A DNA stretch of 64,000 bases, taken from assembly GCA_016217735.1 (NCBI GenBank), contig JACRGQ010000065.1, positions 1,077 through 65,076 on the forward strand, written 5' to 3'. This document shows, piece by piece, positions 1 through 8,922 of the stretch. Positions within the stretch are counted from its first letter, which is position 1; each line of letters starts with the position of its first letter. The notes under the pieces were generated by a model. The model saw only the letters and a list, made by a program, of their open reading frames with translations, ran no database searches and was not told the DNA's origin. Both the position numbers and the translations under genes were made by a program. This DNA comes from Nitrospinota bacterium. GTDB taxonomy: Bacteria > Nitrospinota_A > UBA7883 > JACRGQ01.

Positions 1-52
1 CGCCCCGCGGGTAGTGCATCAGTTTGAGATTGCCGCGGCCATCTTCGATGGC

Positions 53-100
53 CTCGCAATGACAAATTGCTGTCATTGCGAGCGTTAGCGAAGCAATCTC
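53..100. repeat. Palindromic intergenic element (CTCGCAATGACA-N6-TGTCATTGCGAG), a variant of the GTCATYCTGAG family
   Basis: Perfect 12-bp inverted repeat at 53-64 / 71-82, followed by an AGCGAAGCAATC tail. The core differs by 2 nt from the TGTCATTCTGAG core at 13334, 31297, 41293 and 46547. Confidence 0.6.
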
Positions 101-157
101 GTGCTCCATTCAAACATTAATTTCAAACTGAACCACTACCGCCCCGCGCACGGGGTA

Positions 158-247
158 CTAGCGGCGTTTCACGTCGAGGCGATCGCGCAGGGCGTCCCCC
201 ACCAGCGTCACCGCCAGCGCCAGCAGCCCATCCAGCGGGTTGAGGGT
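158..247 (-). pseudogene. C-terminal remnant of an OppC/DppC-like ABC permease
   Basis: The minus-strand frame reads TLNPLDGLLALAVTLVGDALRDRLDVKRR-stop. The GDxLRDxLD tail is typical of peptide-permease C-termini. There is no start codon. The frame is closed about 13 codons upstream and overlaps the 3' end of the regulator gene in another frame. Confidence 0.35.
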
Positions 248-885
248 TATTTTTTTAGGTGCTTTAGCGCGAAATTGAGTAACGCGTTATGGCCTTTTAG
301 TTGTAGTTTCCCGCAGATATTGGCGCGATGGGTTTCTACGGTTCTTGGGCTGCAATGGAGGATCGAGGCGATCTCCTGGCTGGTCTTGTTTTCCGCCAGC
401 AGGGCAAGAATCCCCTTTTCCGCCGCGGTTAACGGGGCGATGTTCCGTGTTTTTGCGGCGGTCATATTCTTCAGTATCCGCGCGGAAAGGATCGGGCTGA
501 TATAGGTATTTCCGTCCAGCACATACGCGAGGGCGTCCGCCAGTTCCCGCCCGGTGTTGTCTTTCAGCATATAGCCGCGGATGTCCAGCTTTATCGCGTC
601 GTCGAGGTGTTTCTGGTCGTCGTGGGAGCTTAAAAGAACAACCTTCGTCTTCATTTTCCGCTTGCGCAGTTCGCGCGCCACGCAGATGCCCGTCAGTTCC
701 GGCATGGAGATGTCCAGGAGGGCGATGTCGGGTTGCAGCGCCAGAATTTTTTCCAGCGCCTCCTTGCCGTTGGCGGCGTCGCCGACAATCCTGAACCGTT
801 TTTTATCGATGATGCGGCGCAACCCCTCAAGGAATATGGGGTGATCGTCCGCCATGAAAAGCGTCGCGGTATCCGGGTTGGTCAT
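247..885 (-). CDS. NarL/FixJ (LuxR)-family response regulator
   Basis: REC motifs: FMADDHPIF, ALLDISMPELTG, VVLLSSHDD, IRGYMLK. C-terminal LuxR HTH: LTAAEKGILALLAENKTSQEIASILHCSPRTVETHRANICGKL. Confidence 0.9.
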   Translation of the reverse strand: MTNPDTATLFMADDHPIFLEGLRRIIDKKRFRIVGDAANGKEALEKILALQPDIALLDISMPELTGICVARELRKRKMKTKVVLLSSHDDQKHLDDAIKLDIRGYMLKDNTGRELADALAYVLDGNTYISPILSARILKNMTAAKTRNIAPLTAAEKGILALLAENKTSQEIASILHCSPRTVETHRANICGKLQLKGHNALLNFALKHLKK

Positions 886-1504
886 AGTATCTCCCGCCTG
901 GCGGACAATAAGCGGGTTATGCGCGGCACCAGGCCGTTCGCCGCCTCAGGCTTAAGGGCGGCAAGGAGGGAAATTCCGGCCATGATAGCGGCGGGGAACT
1001 TTCTTCTTTGAAAAAATAAAATTCGAAAACCCATCTTACCCGCTCCCCAAATAATCCAAATCCATTAAAAATGCGTCCGGTCAAAATCCATAAAATTTTA
1101 TTTATGAATACGAATGAAGATAGTGCATAAAGAGCACCCTTGTCTATACCGCTGAAGGGTTAGATGGGGGGCGAGCGTACAGGCAAATGTTGTTACCACA
1201 ATACGTTGTAGGAATAAAAATATTTTCCAGGCGCATTAAATTGAGGAAATTTTCGATGCAAAGTCATCGAAAATGCTCCGCAACTGCCTAGGTAGTATTG
1301 CTTATTAAAGTAAGTATATGTGCGTATTTACAGTTTTTCTCCGTTATTGGATTATGTCTCAAATTAAATGTGCATGGATATCAGTGATGGCGGATAGCGG
1401 AACTAATGTTCGCGGACTTTCTCGACTTGGCGGGTGTGTGTAGTGCGGCTGCCTGAATGTGGCAAGGCGTGCGAAATTTTAACAATTGGGTTGGAGGATA
1501 TCAG

Positions 1505-2059
1505 GTGAAAAGCAGGTTATTGTATGCATTGTTTAGCGCGGTGGTTCTCTGTAGCGGTTACGCATACGCTGCGGAAGATTACGGGATACAGGCAGGCAAC
1601 TCCGAACTTGCCGCTACGATACAATCGATCAGTTCGAAGTCTAGCGCAGCCGGAAGCCAGGAATCGACGATTACCATGGTTTATGCATCTTATGGCTATT
1701 TCTGGTCGAAGAACCTCCAAATAGGGGCCGGCCTTTTTATATCAGGACAAAAAGCGGGCAGTTCAGATTCCCAGAACACACAGATAAGCCCGTTCGCCAA
1801 GTATCACTTCTTTTTCGACAATCCCAAATATGTGCCATATGTCGGCGCATCCTTCCTGTCGGGCAGTGCGAAATCCGCGGGTAGCACGATGACTATTTCG
1901 GGTTATGAACTCCAAGGTGGTGTTGACGTGTTTATCGATCGAAACGTGGCCATTGCCTTCGAGTTGGGGGTTGGCAGCCAGAAGTATTCAACCTCCGGCG
2001 GGGGGAGCACTGACTACAGCTCAACGGCCATACGCATTCCGCTGAAAGTGTATTTTTAA
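1505..2059 (+). CDS. Small outer-membrane beta-barrel protein (putative)
   Basis: GTG start at 1505, 6 nt after GGAGGA (1493-1498). Signal peptide VVLCSGYAYA/AEDYG. Alternating hydrophobic strands with Gly/Ser-rich loops and a C-terminal ...PLKVYF aromatic end. Confidence 0.6.
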   Translation: MKSRLLYALFSAVVLCSGYAYAAEDYGIQAGNSELAATIQSISSKSSAAGSQESTITMVYASYGYFWSKNLQIGAGLFISGQKAGSSDSQNTQISPFAKYHFFFDNPKYVPYVGASFLSGSAKSAGSTMTISGYELQGGVDVFIDRNVAIAFELGVGSQKYSTSGGGSTDYSSTAIRIPLKVYF

Positions 2060-2094
2060 CCAAACAATTTCCTCGAATTAGTTTGGTTGTGAGG

Positions 2095-2135
2095 GGCGGG
2101 GGAGACCAAAAAAGTCTTCCCCGCCTTATCGGTTT
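2095..2135 (+). terminator. Rho-independent terminator after the OMP gene
   Basis: GGCGGGGGAGAC-CAAAAAA-GTCTTCCCCGCC stem-loop followed by TTATCGGTTT. Confidence 0.55.
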
Positions 2136-2181
2136 AATGCGATAAACTAAATGAAATTGTTTTTAGCGTTGGGATTCCATC

Positions 2182-3702
2182 ATGATTAATGAATATTTGC
2201 GCCGTTTCCCGGCCGCGGTGATGGGCGGGAGCAGGGCGGCGCTTCTTATCATAGCGGCGGCCATCATCTCCGTGCTTTTCGTTGCCGTGCCTGCCGGCGC
2301 GGTCAACCTTTCCGAACTGGAAGTATATAAGAGCGGCATCGAACCGAAGGGGCTCGTCTTTTCCCCGGACGGAGAGAGTCTCATCGTTTACGGAGCCAAG
2401 GGGAAGGTTACCGTATGGAATACGAGGACGAAGAAGGAGCGCTATTTCCAGACCAATGAAGGCGACATTAACGGTATCGCTGTAGACCCCGACCAGCGGC
2501 ATTTAGCTGCCGCGTTAAGCTCCGGCAATGTGGTTGTATGGGATTTCGATACCGGCCAACAGGTAAATCTTCTCAAGCACAAAAAAAACGGGGTGTATGC
2601 GGTTGCGTATTCCCCCGTGGGGGATATTTTGGCATCGGGTGATTATGACGGCGTGATCTATCTGTGGAGCATCGGGAACGGCGCTTTGCTGTCCACCATA
2701 GAAGGACATAAGAAAAAGGTTCATACCTTATTGTTCAACCGCGGGGGTAATCAGGTTCTGTCCGGAAGCGAAGATAACACGATACGCATATGGGACGTGA
2801 ACACGCGGAAGGAAAAGCGCGCCATTATGGAAACCGCCTCGCAGTACGGGGAACTCCGCACCATCACGTTTTCCCAGGACTACAGCCTGATTGCCCTTGG
2901 CCTCACGGTGGTGAAGCGCGATACCAGGAATCGAAGAACCGCGGCGGGCGCGCCGAGTTGGAGTTTCGTGGTGAAAGTGCGGGACGGCACCACCGGAGAG
3001 GAATTAGGCGACCTCGACAATCACCTGCAGGAGATAAACGCCATCGCCATCAGCGCCGATAACGGGTTGATGGCCTCTGTGAGCAATGACGAGACTGTTC
3101 GGTTGTGGGACGTGGCGCAAATGCGGCAGATTACCAACCTTCCGCTTGCCGAGAAGGGAAGGGCCGTTGCGTTCAGCCCGGAAACGGACCGCCTTGCCAC
3201 CGCGAACATAAAAGGGGATGTAAAACTTTTCCAGATTAGCGGCCATAAAACGAAGGAAACAGCGGCAGCCGCGCCCGCCCACGGCATGATGGAGACCAAG
3301 ACGGCTAAAAAGGAGCGGGTGGTCATGATGAAGCTGCGCGGCGGCATTGCCACCGAACAACTCACGGCATACAGGGCGGCATTGGTGGAGGGGCTTTCAG
3401 CCAACTATGAAGTATTGAGCGGTGACGATGTTGACAAGAAGACCATGGAAATATTTAAAAGGGAATCCGCTAAAGGCGGGGAGTGCAACACCTGTTACCA
3501 GGAATTGACGCGTGAATTCGGAGCCGGGCTTCTGGCAATCGGGACGCTGACGAAAAAAGATGATCAGACGCTTATCACCTTTCAACTGGTGAATGCCATC
3601 GAGGGCCGGGTGGCCGCTTCGGCATCGGAAACCTGCGAAAGTTGCAACGACTTTCAATTGATGAAGCGGTTGCGCCAAATCGGCCGGAAAGCGGGGCATT
3701 AG
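2182..3702 (+). CDS. WD40-repeat protein with N-terminal signal/anchor and a non-WD C-terminal domain
   Basis: N-terminal hydrophobic stretch AALLIIAAAIISVLFVAVPAGA. WD-like repeat ends: VVVWDFDTG, VIYLWSIGNG, TIRIWDVNT, TVRLWDVAQ. The last ~130 aa are not WD-like. Confidence 0.8.
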   Translation: MINEYLRRFPAAVMGGSRAALLIIAAAIISVLFVAVPAGAVNLSELEVYKSGIEPKGLVFSPDGESLIVYGAKGKVTVWNTRTKKERYFQTNEGDINGIAVDPDQRHLAAALSSGNVVVWDFDTGQQVNLLKHKKNGVYAVAYSPVGDILASGDYDGVIYLWSIGNGALLSTIEGHKKKVHTLLFNRGGNQVLSGSEDNTIRIWDVNTRKEKRAIMETASQYGELRTITFSQDYSLIALGLTVVKRDTRNRRTAAGAPSWSFVVKVRDGTTGEELGDLDNHLQEINAIAISADNGLMASVSNDETVRLWDVAQMRQITNLPLAEKGRAVAFSPETDRLATANIKGDVKLFQISGHKTKETAAAAPAHGMMETKTAKKERVVMMKLRGGIATEQLTAYRAALVEGLSANYEVLSGDDVDKKTMEIFKRESAKGGECNTCYQELTREFGAGLLAIGTLTKKDDQTLITFQLVNAIEGRVAASASETCESCNDFQLMKRLRQIGRKAGH

Positions 3703-3703
3703 C

Positions 3704-4807
3704 ATGAAACGCACTTTATTGACCGTGGGCATGATTTTAGCGGCCATGGGGCTTTTTTCAATGCTGGCCCCAGTTGCCGCCGCCGATAACTACCGGTGCG
3801 ATTATATACCCCCGCGGGATCGTCCCGCATGGGTGGATAAAGGCTTTTACGAGCCGGGTTTGTATGCCGGTGTGGGGCAAGCTGCCCGCAAAGGGAGTAT
3901 AGAGGAGCAGGTTGAGGCGGCAAAGGCAAGCGCCTACCGCGATCTATCACAAAAAATATCGGTGCAAATCAAGAGTACGTTGAAAGACCAGATGAAAAGT
4001 TCGTCCAAGAGTTTCATGGGCAGTTTCGAGCAGAATGTGGAATTAATCACGGAGACCAGCATAAAAGAAACACTGCAGGGACTTCAGGTGCGTGAGAAAT
4101 GGCTTGACCAGCGAAATTGTGTGCTTTGGGTCTTGGCAACGGTGGAGGTAGAATCGGTTGAGCGCGTTAAAAAGGGAGAGCTGAATAAGAGCAAATACGG
4201 ACTTTTGCAGACGTCCTACGAAAAGTTGGTGAAGGATGCGAACCTTCCCTTGCTTTCCTCGCTTGTGCAACTCAACGACCTTAATGTGCTTATGGGGGAG
4301 ATAGATTTCGCCTATATTAGCAGCTCGGCGCAAACGAAGCAGAATTGGCGTGAGAAGCTGCAAAATGAAATCAATGTCCGGACGGCTTTGCGTGAACGGA
4401 ACCGGGATAGTGTCATGTTGTATGTGAAGCTGAATGACGGGGTGACCCACTCGGAAAAGCAGGTCAATTTAGTGGTGTCGCATATCCAGAAAGGTTTAGG
4501 GAAAAGCGTACCCTTCTTCGATGGATGCGATGAAAGTCAGAATTGCCTGGCCCGGGCGAGGGAAAACGGTTTCAGAAAGATGGCCTATCTTGAATGGCAT
4601 CAGCGTATCGGGCGGGATGCGTACGGGACACCGCACGGAACGCTTGCGCTTGATTATGTTTTGTACGATGTGCAGTCCGGCGCCATGGTGGGAAAGCCGC
4701 AACACGCCGAATCGAAGATAGTATCCTGGGAGGCGGAAACCTTGGAGTGGGATGTGGCCGCGAAAAAAATAGTTCAGGATAGGATGCTTGTTGTAGGCAA
4801 TAATTAA
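3704..4807 (+). CDS. Secreted protein with an LPP20/FlgP-like N-terminal domain (putative), paralog a
   Basis: Signal peptide MGLFSMLAPVAAA. RPAWVDKG..GLYAGVGQA...EEQVEAAKASAYRDLSQKISVQIKS matches the P-x-W...G-x-G...A...A..L/I-S..I-x-V pattern shared with 4997 and 5595. Starts 2 nt after the WD40 stop. Confidence 0.45.
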   Translation: MKRTLLTVGMILAAMGLFSMLAPVAAADNYRCDYIPPRDRPAWVDKGFYEPGLYAGVGQAARKGSIEEQVEAAKASAYRDLSQKISVQIKSTLKDQMKSSSKSFMGSFEQNVELITETSIKETLQGLQVREKWLDQRNCVLWVLATVEVESVERVKKGELNKSKYGLLQTSYEKLVKDANLPLLSSLVQLNDLNVLMGEIDFAYISSSAQTKQNWREKLQNEINVRTALRERNRDSVMLYVKLNDGVTHSEKQVNLVVSHIQKGLGKSVPFFDGCDESQNCLARARENGFRKMAYLEWHQRIGRDAYGTPHGTLALDYVLYDVQSGAMVGKPQHAESKIVSWEAETLEWDVAAKKIVQDRMLVVGNN

Positions 4808-4820
4808 CGCGGGAAGTGCG

Positions 4821-4861
4821 CCGCTGATGCCATGCAAAGCATGGCATCAGCGGCTTTTATT
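4821..4861 (+). terminator. Rho-independent terminator
   Basis: Perfect 15-bp stem CCGCTGATGCCATGC-AAA-GCATGGCATCAGCGG followed by CTTTTATT. Confidence 0.85.
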
Positions 4862-4996
4862 CCTTCACGGCTTCTTTGTGTTTTTGTTTTTTTACCGGCC
4901 CGGCGGGGCCACGGGATTTTTTAGGATGCCATGGGCGGGAAAGAAAATGTGTTTGTCAAAACCTATGACCGTTAAACCAGGAACAGGAGAAATGAG

Positions 4997-5569
4997 ATGA
5001 AACAGGTGAAGTTGTTATGTGTGGTGCTCGCCGGCATTCTTTTTAGCGCATGCGCCAGCGCGCCGCCCCCGCCGCCAAAGTCGTATTGTTCGGATGGGCG
5101 CGAATTGCCCCTTTGGATTGCGCAAGGGCCTATGGCGTTCCCCGCCGATCTGGGCAAGGTGTTTTATGGCACCGGAATGGCCAGCAACATTGGCAACCCC
5201 GCGTTGTTGCGCGAGGCGTCGGATAACCGCGCCATCAGCGAATTGGCAAAAACTTTTGAGGTCTATTCTTCTTCTCTCATGAACGATTATATGGCCCACA
5301 CCTCCGCCGCCGAGAAGGCATCGGAAGAGCAGCATGTGGAAACCGTCAAAAAGACGGTGACGAAACAAACCCTGAATGGCGTGATGATAGCCGACCGGTG
5401 TCAGGATAGGCAGTCGGGTGTGTTTTATTCGCTGGCGCGGCTGGACATGGCCAACTTCAAGGATGCCATCGCCAAGAAAGCGGAGTTAACCGGAAAGATG
5501 AAGGAATATGTGCGCGCCAACGCCGAAAAGATGCTTGAAAAGCTGGAGAAGGAAGAGGCCAAGCGTTAA
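4997..5569 (+). CDS. LPP20/FlgP-like lipoprotein (putative), paralog b
   Basis: Lipobox ILFSAC. LPLWIAQG..FYGTGMAS..ALLREASDNRAISELAKTFEVYSSS. Lys/Glu-rich coiled C-terminus. Confidence 0.5.
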   Translation: MKQVKLLCVVLAGILFSACASAPPPPPKSYCSDGRELPLWIAQGPMAFPADLGKVFYGTGMASNIGNPALLREASDNRAISELAKTFEVYSSSLMNDYMAHTSAAEKASEEQHVETVKKTVTKQTLNGVMIADRCQDRQSGVFYSLARLDMANFKDAIAKKAELTGKMKEYVRANAEKMLEKLEKEEAKR

Positions 5570-5594
5570 AAGCGGCTGTGGCGGGGAGAGGGGT

Positions 5595-6104
5595 ATGAGG
5601 TGCGCAATCGCGGCTTTGTTCATGGCGGCCGCCCTGGCCGCCTGTGTTTCGCGGGGGCCGAAACCGGTTTTGGCTCCCGCCCCCAGCCTGGCCCCCGCCG
5701 AGGGGCGCAAACAGGGGGTGGATAAAGCGGGGGTGCCGAAATGGGTGACCGGCATCACCATCCATCCCGATAAAATCTGCGCGGTCGGCGCCTGCGATCC
5801 CTCCTTTTTGGCGAGCGCGGGAAAATCCTGCGCCGCCGACGATGCCCGCGCCGCATTGGCGAAATCGATTTCCGTGAACGTTGCCACCGTTACCGTGGAG
5901 GAAACCCGCAATGGCGTTGAAAGCCGCGATAAGGCGACGGTGGTAAACGGCATGAAAGGCTGGGAGAGCGATGTGGTGATGGACGAGTCGGTGATACAGG
6001 AATACTGGTATGATGTCGACGGGGTGGCCAGCCATATGAAAGGGGTTACCTATGCGTTGGCCTGCATTCCAAAGGAGAAACTGGCCAGGCAAGGCAAGAA
6101 ATAA
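5595..6104 (+). CDS. LPP20/FlgP-like lipoprotein (putative), paralog c
   Basis: The internal ATG at 5595 gives a signal peptide with lipobox ALAAC. VPKWVTGI..ICAVGAC..ADDARAALAKSISVNVATV. The longer 5508 start overlaps the upstream gene and adds an Arg-rich leader. Confidence 0.5.
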   Translation: MRCAIAALFMAAALAACVSRGPKPVLAPAPSLAPAEGRKQGVDKAGVPKWVTGITIHPDKICAVGACDPSFLASAGKSCAADDARAALAKSISVNVATVTVEETRNGVESRDKATVVNGMKGWESDVVMDESVIQEYWYDVDGVASHMKGVTYALACIPKEKLARQGKK

Positions 6105-6130
6105 GTGACGTCGAACATTTAGGGGGTTGC

Positions 6131-7021
6131 ATGCGACGAATGCTGTTGTGCGCGGTTCTGTTATTCGTGTTCCCGGTTTCGGCCTCGTTCGCCATGGAGC
6201 CGGCGGAGATATACAAAAAGGGCGCTCCTTCGGTGGTGCTGATTTTCGCAAAAGTCAAGGAAGGTTCCTTTAACGGCGGAACCGGTTTTTACATCGATAA
6301 CGGCGTGGTGGTGACGAACGCCCATGTGATCGTGGACGGCGACAACCGCCCCCTTTCCGAAATCACCGTTTATCTGAAGCCGGAGCGGGTGACCGGCGAT
6401 ATGCAGGAAGACCTGAAAGAGCAGTGCTCGGCCTCCATCATCAAATATGACCGGCAGCTTGATATCGCCCTGTTGCGCGTTGCGCGTCCGCAAAATCCCG
6501 CCGCGCTGGATTTGGCCGATTCCGAAAAAGTGGATGTCGGCGACAAAGTGGTGGCGATAGGGCATCCCGAACAGGGTGGCTTGTGGACGCTGACCACCGG
6601 CACGGTGAGCACGCGCATCAAGAACCTTTCCAAAGTGGAAGGGAAGAACATGTTCCAAACGGACGCCAGCATCAACCACGGCAATTCCGGCGGGCCGCTG
6701 TTCGACTCGTCGGGGGCGGTGATAGGGATGAACACCAGCGCGGCCCGGACATCGAGCACCGGTTCCGCCATTACCGGCGTGAATTTTGCCATACAGTCGA
6801 ACGTCATCCGGAAGTGGGTTGCGGGGAATTATGCCCCTGTCGCAAAACCGGCGGTAAAGGAAGAAGTGAAAGAAGCTCCGGCCGCGCAGAAGAAGGAAGC
6901 CCCAAAAATCGTTACCGAGAAAAAGCCGTTCAAGTGGGATGAACTGGAAGCGACGATTGCCGAGCTTCAGGATTTGATGGGCGAGATGCACGGCGCGGTA
7001 CAAAAGAAATTCGGAAAATAA
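6131..7021 (+). CDS. Secreted trypsin-like (S1, DegP-like, no PDZ) serine protease
   Basis: Signal peptide. Catalytic triad contexts VVTNAHVI, LDIALLRV, GNSGGPLFDSSGAVIGMNT. Confidence 0.85.
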   Translation: MRRMLLCAVLLFVFPVSASFAMEPAEIYKKGAPSVVLIFAKVKEGSFNGGTGFYIDNGVVVTNAHVIVDGDNRPLSEITVYLKPERVTGDMQEDLKEQCSASIIKYDRQLDIALLRVARPQNPAALDLADSEKVDVGDKVVAIGHPEQGGLWTLTTGTVSTRIKNLSKVEGKNMFQTDASINHGNSGGPLFDSSGAVIGMNTSAARTSSTGSAITGVNFAIQSNVIRKWVAGNYAPVAKPAVKEEVKEAPAAQKKEAPKIVTEKKPFKWDELEATIAELQDLMGEMHGAVQKKFGK

Positions 7022-7029
7022 GGTGCGGA

Positions 7030-8922
7030 ATGCCGCTGATGAAAGGGAGGGGCGGAAAATTTTTACTATCCGCCCCGGGCATCCCCTTTAAGGGGAAAAA
7101 AGCGGTCATTGTCTGTGTGGGGGTGGCGCTCGCATTCGTTGCGGCCCTTACCCCGCTTTCCGCCACTATTGACCGGGCGGCATACGATTTTCTGTTACGC
7201 AACACCCGGCCGACGGATGAAGCGCTCCCCCAGGTTGAGGTGATCGGAATCGATACCGAGACGCTCGACAACCTCAAGGTGCCGTTGGTGCTCTGGTACG
7301 GCTATTTTGCGAAGATCGTGGATGCGCTTGCGGCCGCCGGCGCGAAAGGGGTGGTGTTCGACCTTATCCCCGCGATCACCATAGAGCAGTTCGCCCCCCA
7401 GCCGGAGAAGGAGTTTCTGGTAGCGGTAAAGGCGGCGCGCGGCAAAGGCGTGCCGGTTTTTGTGGGATTCAAGGTGGGGGATGTGGGGGCGCAGATGCCG
7501 CATCCCAAGTTTCTCTTTACCGTTTCCGGCGTGGGGTATGTGAATCTCTTTCCCGATGATGATGGGAAGGTTCGGCGGCAGCGGCTTTACGTGATGGATG
7601 AAAACGGGAGCCATATTCCGAGCCTTGCTTTAGTGGCCTCGCTTGCCGAAGCGGGAAAACTGGAACAGGGGAAGGAATTTACCTGTGGCCGGTTGGGCGG
7701 CTGCGGCGCATCGTCAAACGGGGAGATGCTGATCGATTACCGGGTGGGCCACGGCAAGGCGCGGCTTCATTCGTTCGGCGAGGCTTTAGATGCCGCCGAA
7801 CGGGGGGATGCCGCGTATTTCAAGGAGCGCTTTGCGGGGCGGGTGGCGTTCATCGGGCCGGCATCGGACAAATTCCCGGATAATCATCCCGTGCCGCTTA
7901 ACCCCGCCACCGGCAAGCCGTCGTTCATGGCGGGCGTGTTGATACAGGCGCAGATCGTCCTCTCTTTCATGTCCGACCGCCACATCAAGGAGGTGCCGGC
8001 CACATCCCAAAAACTGTTGCTGGTCATGTTGGCCATCCTCACTGCGGTTATGAGTATAGTCCTGGCTCCGATGCTGACATTGGCGGGATCGGCGGCCCTC
8101 ATGCTTTTGTATATGCTTGCCGCGGTTGCCGGTTTTTCCTCATATCTTGTCATCCCATTATCCCCCATGGTTTTCGGAATCATGGTGCCCGCGGTGGTTT
8201 GCGGCGGCTACCGGTATCTGGATGAGGCGAACCGCTTCAAGCTGTTGCGGCGCTATTTTGGGTCATATGTGAGCCACTCGGTGATGGAAGAGATTTTAAA
8301 AAATCCGGGGAAGATAAATTTTGAAGGGACGGAACTGACGCTCACCATCATGTTCACCGATATTCGCAACTTTACGACGTTGAGCGAAAAGCTGGATTCT
8401 AAAACCACGGTGGCGGGCCTTAACAAATACCTGGGGGCCATGACGGGGGCGATTACCGCATCGGGCGGCTATGTGAACCGCTATCTCGGAGACGGCATCC
8501 TTGCTTTGTATGGAGCGCCGAATGCGTTGCCGAATCAGGGAGCGCTGGAGGCGGTGCGCGGGGCGTTGGCGATGCGGGAGGAACTGGAGCGGCTGAATGC
8601 CGAGGGAAATCTTTTCCCCGGCGTGGAACATCTTAAAATCGGCATCGGATTGCATACGGGGACGGCGGTTGTCGGCAATGTCGGCTGTCATGAAAAAATG
8701 GATTATACGGTTATCGGCGACAGCGCCAATCTTGCTTCCCGCGTGGAAGGGCTTACCAAAAACTATGGGGTGGATATTCTGATAACGGAGAGCGTATTTG
8801 AACGGGTAACAAATGACGTTGAGGCGTCATTTGTTGATACGGTGCGCGTAAAAGGGCGCGAGGAAGAGGTTAAAGTCTATCAGGTGGTTTCATTGAAGAC
8901 TCTAAAGGAGAAAGTATCATGA
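7030..8922 (+). CDS. CHASE2-sensor, membrane-bound class III adenylate/guanylate cyclase
   Basis: An N-terminal TM segment plus a ~300-aa periplasmic region, then 3 TM helices. Cyclase motifs: LTIMFTDIRNFTTL, YLGDGILALYGAP, IGLHTGTAVVGNVG, YTVIGDSANLASRVEG. Confidence 0.85.
   Translation: MPLMKGRGGKFLLSAPGIPFKGKKAVIVCVGVALAFVAALTPLSATIDRAAYDFLLRNTRPTDEALPQVEVIGIDTETLDNLKVPLVLWYGYFAKIVDALAAAGAKGVVFDLIPAITIEQFAPQPEKEFLVAVKAARGKGVPVFVGFKVGDVGAQMPHPKFLFTVSGVGYVNLFPDDDGKVRRQRLYVMDENGSHIPSLALVASLAEAGKLEQGKEFTCGRLGGCGASSNGEMLIDYRVGHGKARLHSFGEALDAAERGDAAYFKERFAGRVAFIGPASDKFPDNHPVPLNPATGKPSFMAGVLIQAQIVLSFMSDRHIKEVPATSQKLLLVMLAILTAVMSIVLAPMLTLAGSAALMLLYMLAAVAGFSSYLVIPLSPMVFGIMVPAVVCGGYRYLDEANRFKLLRRYFGSYVSHSVMEEILKNPGKINFEGTELTLTIMFTDIRNFTTLSEKLDSKTTVAGLNKYLGAMTGAITASGGYVNRYLGDGILALYGAPNALPNQGALEAVRGALAMREELERLNAEGNLFPGVEHLKIGIGLHTGTAVVGNVGCHEKMDYTVIGDSANLASRVEGLTKNYGVDILITESVFERVTNDVEASFVDTVRVKGREEEVKVYQVVSLKTLKEKVS

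Noticed and set aside
101-505. 134-aa plus-strand ORF at the window start
   Set aside because: It has a GTG start, overlaps the response-regulator gene antisense and runs through the palindromic repeat. No motif.
5508-5594. N-terminal extensions of ORF-track entries: 5508, and likewise 17561, 20136, 21872, 23890, 25204, 30680, 30537, 37641, 39208, 41511, 44522, 46551, 46704, 49948, 50325, 56723, 57502
   Set aside because: The extensions overlap upstream genes or repeats and are Arg/Pro-rich. Internal starts restore signal peptides, SD sites or canonical N-termini, so the shorter coordinates were used.
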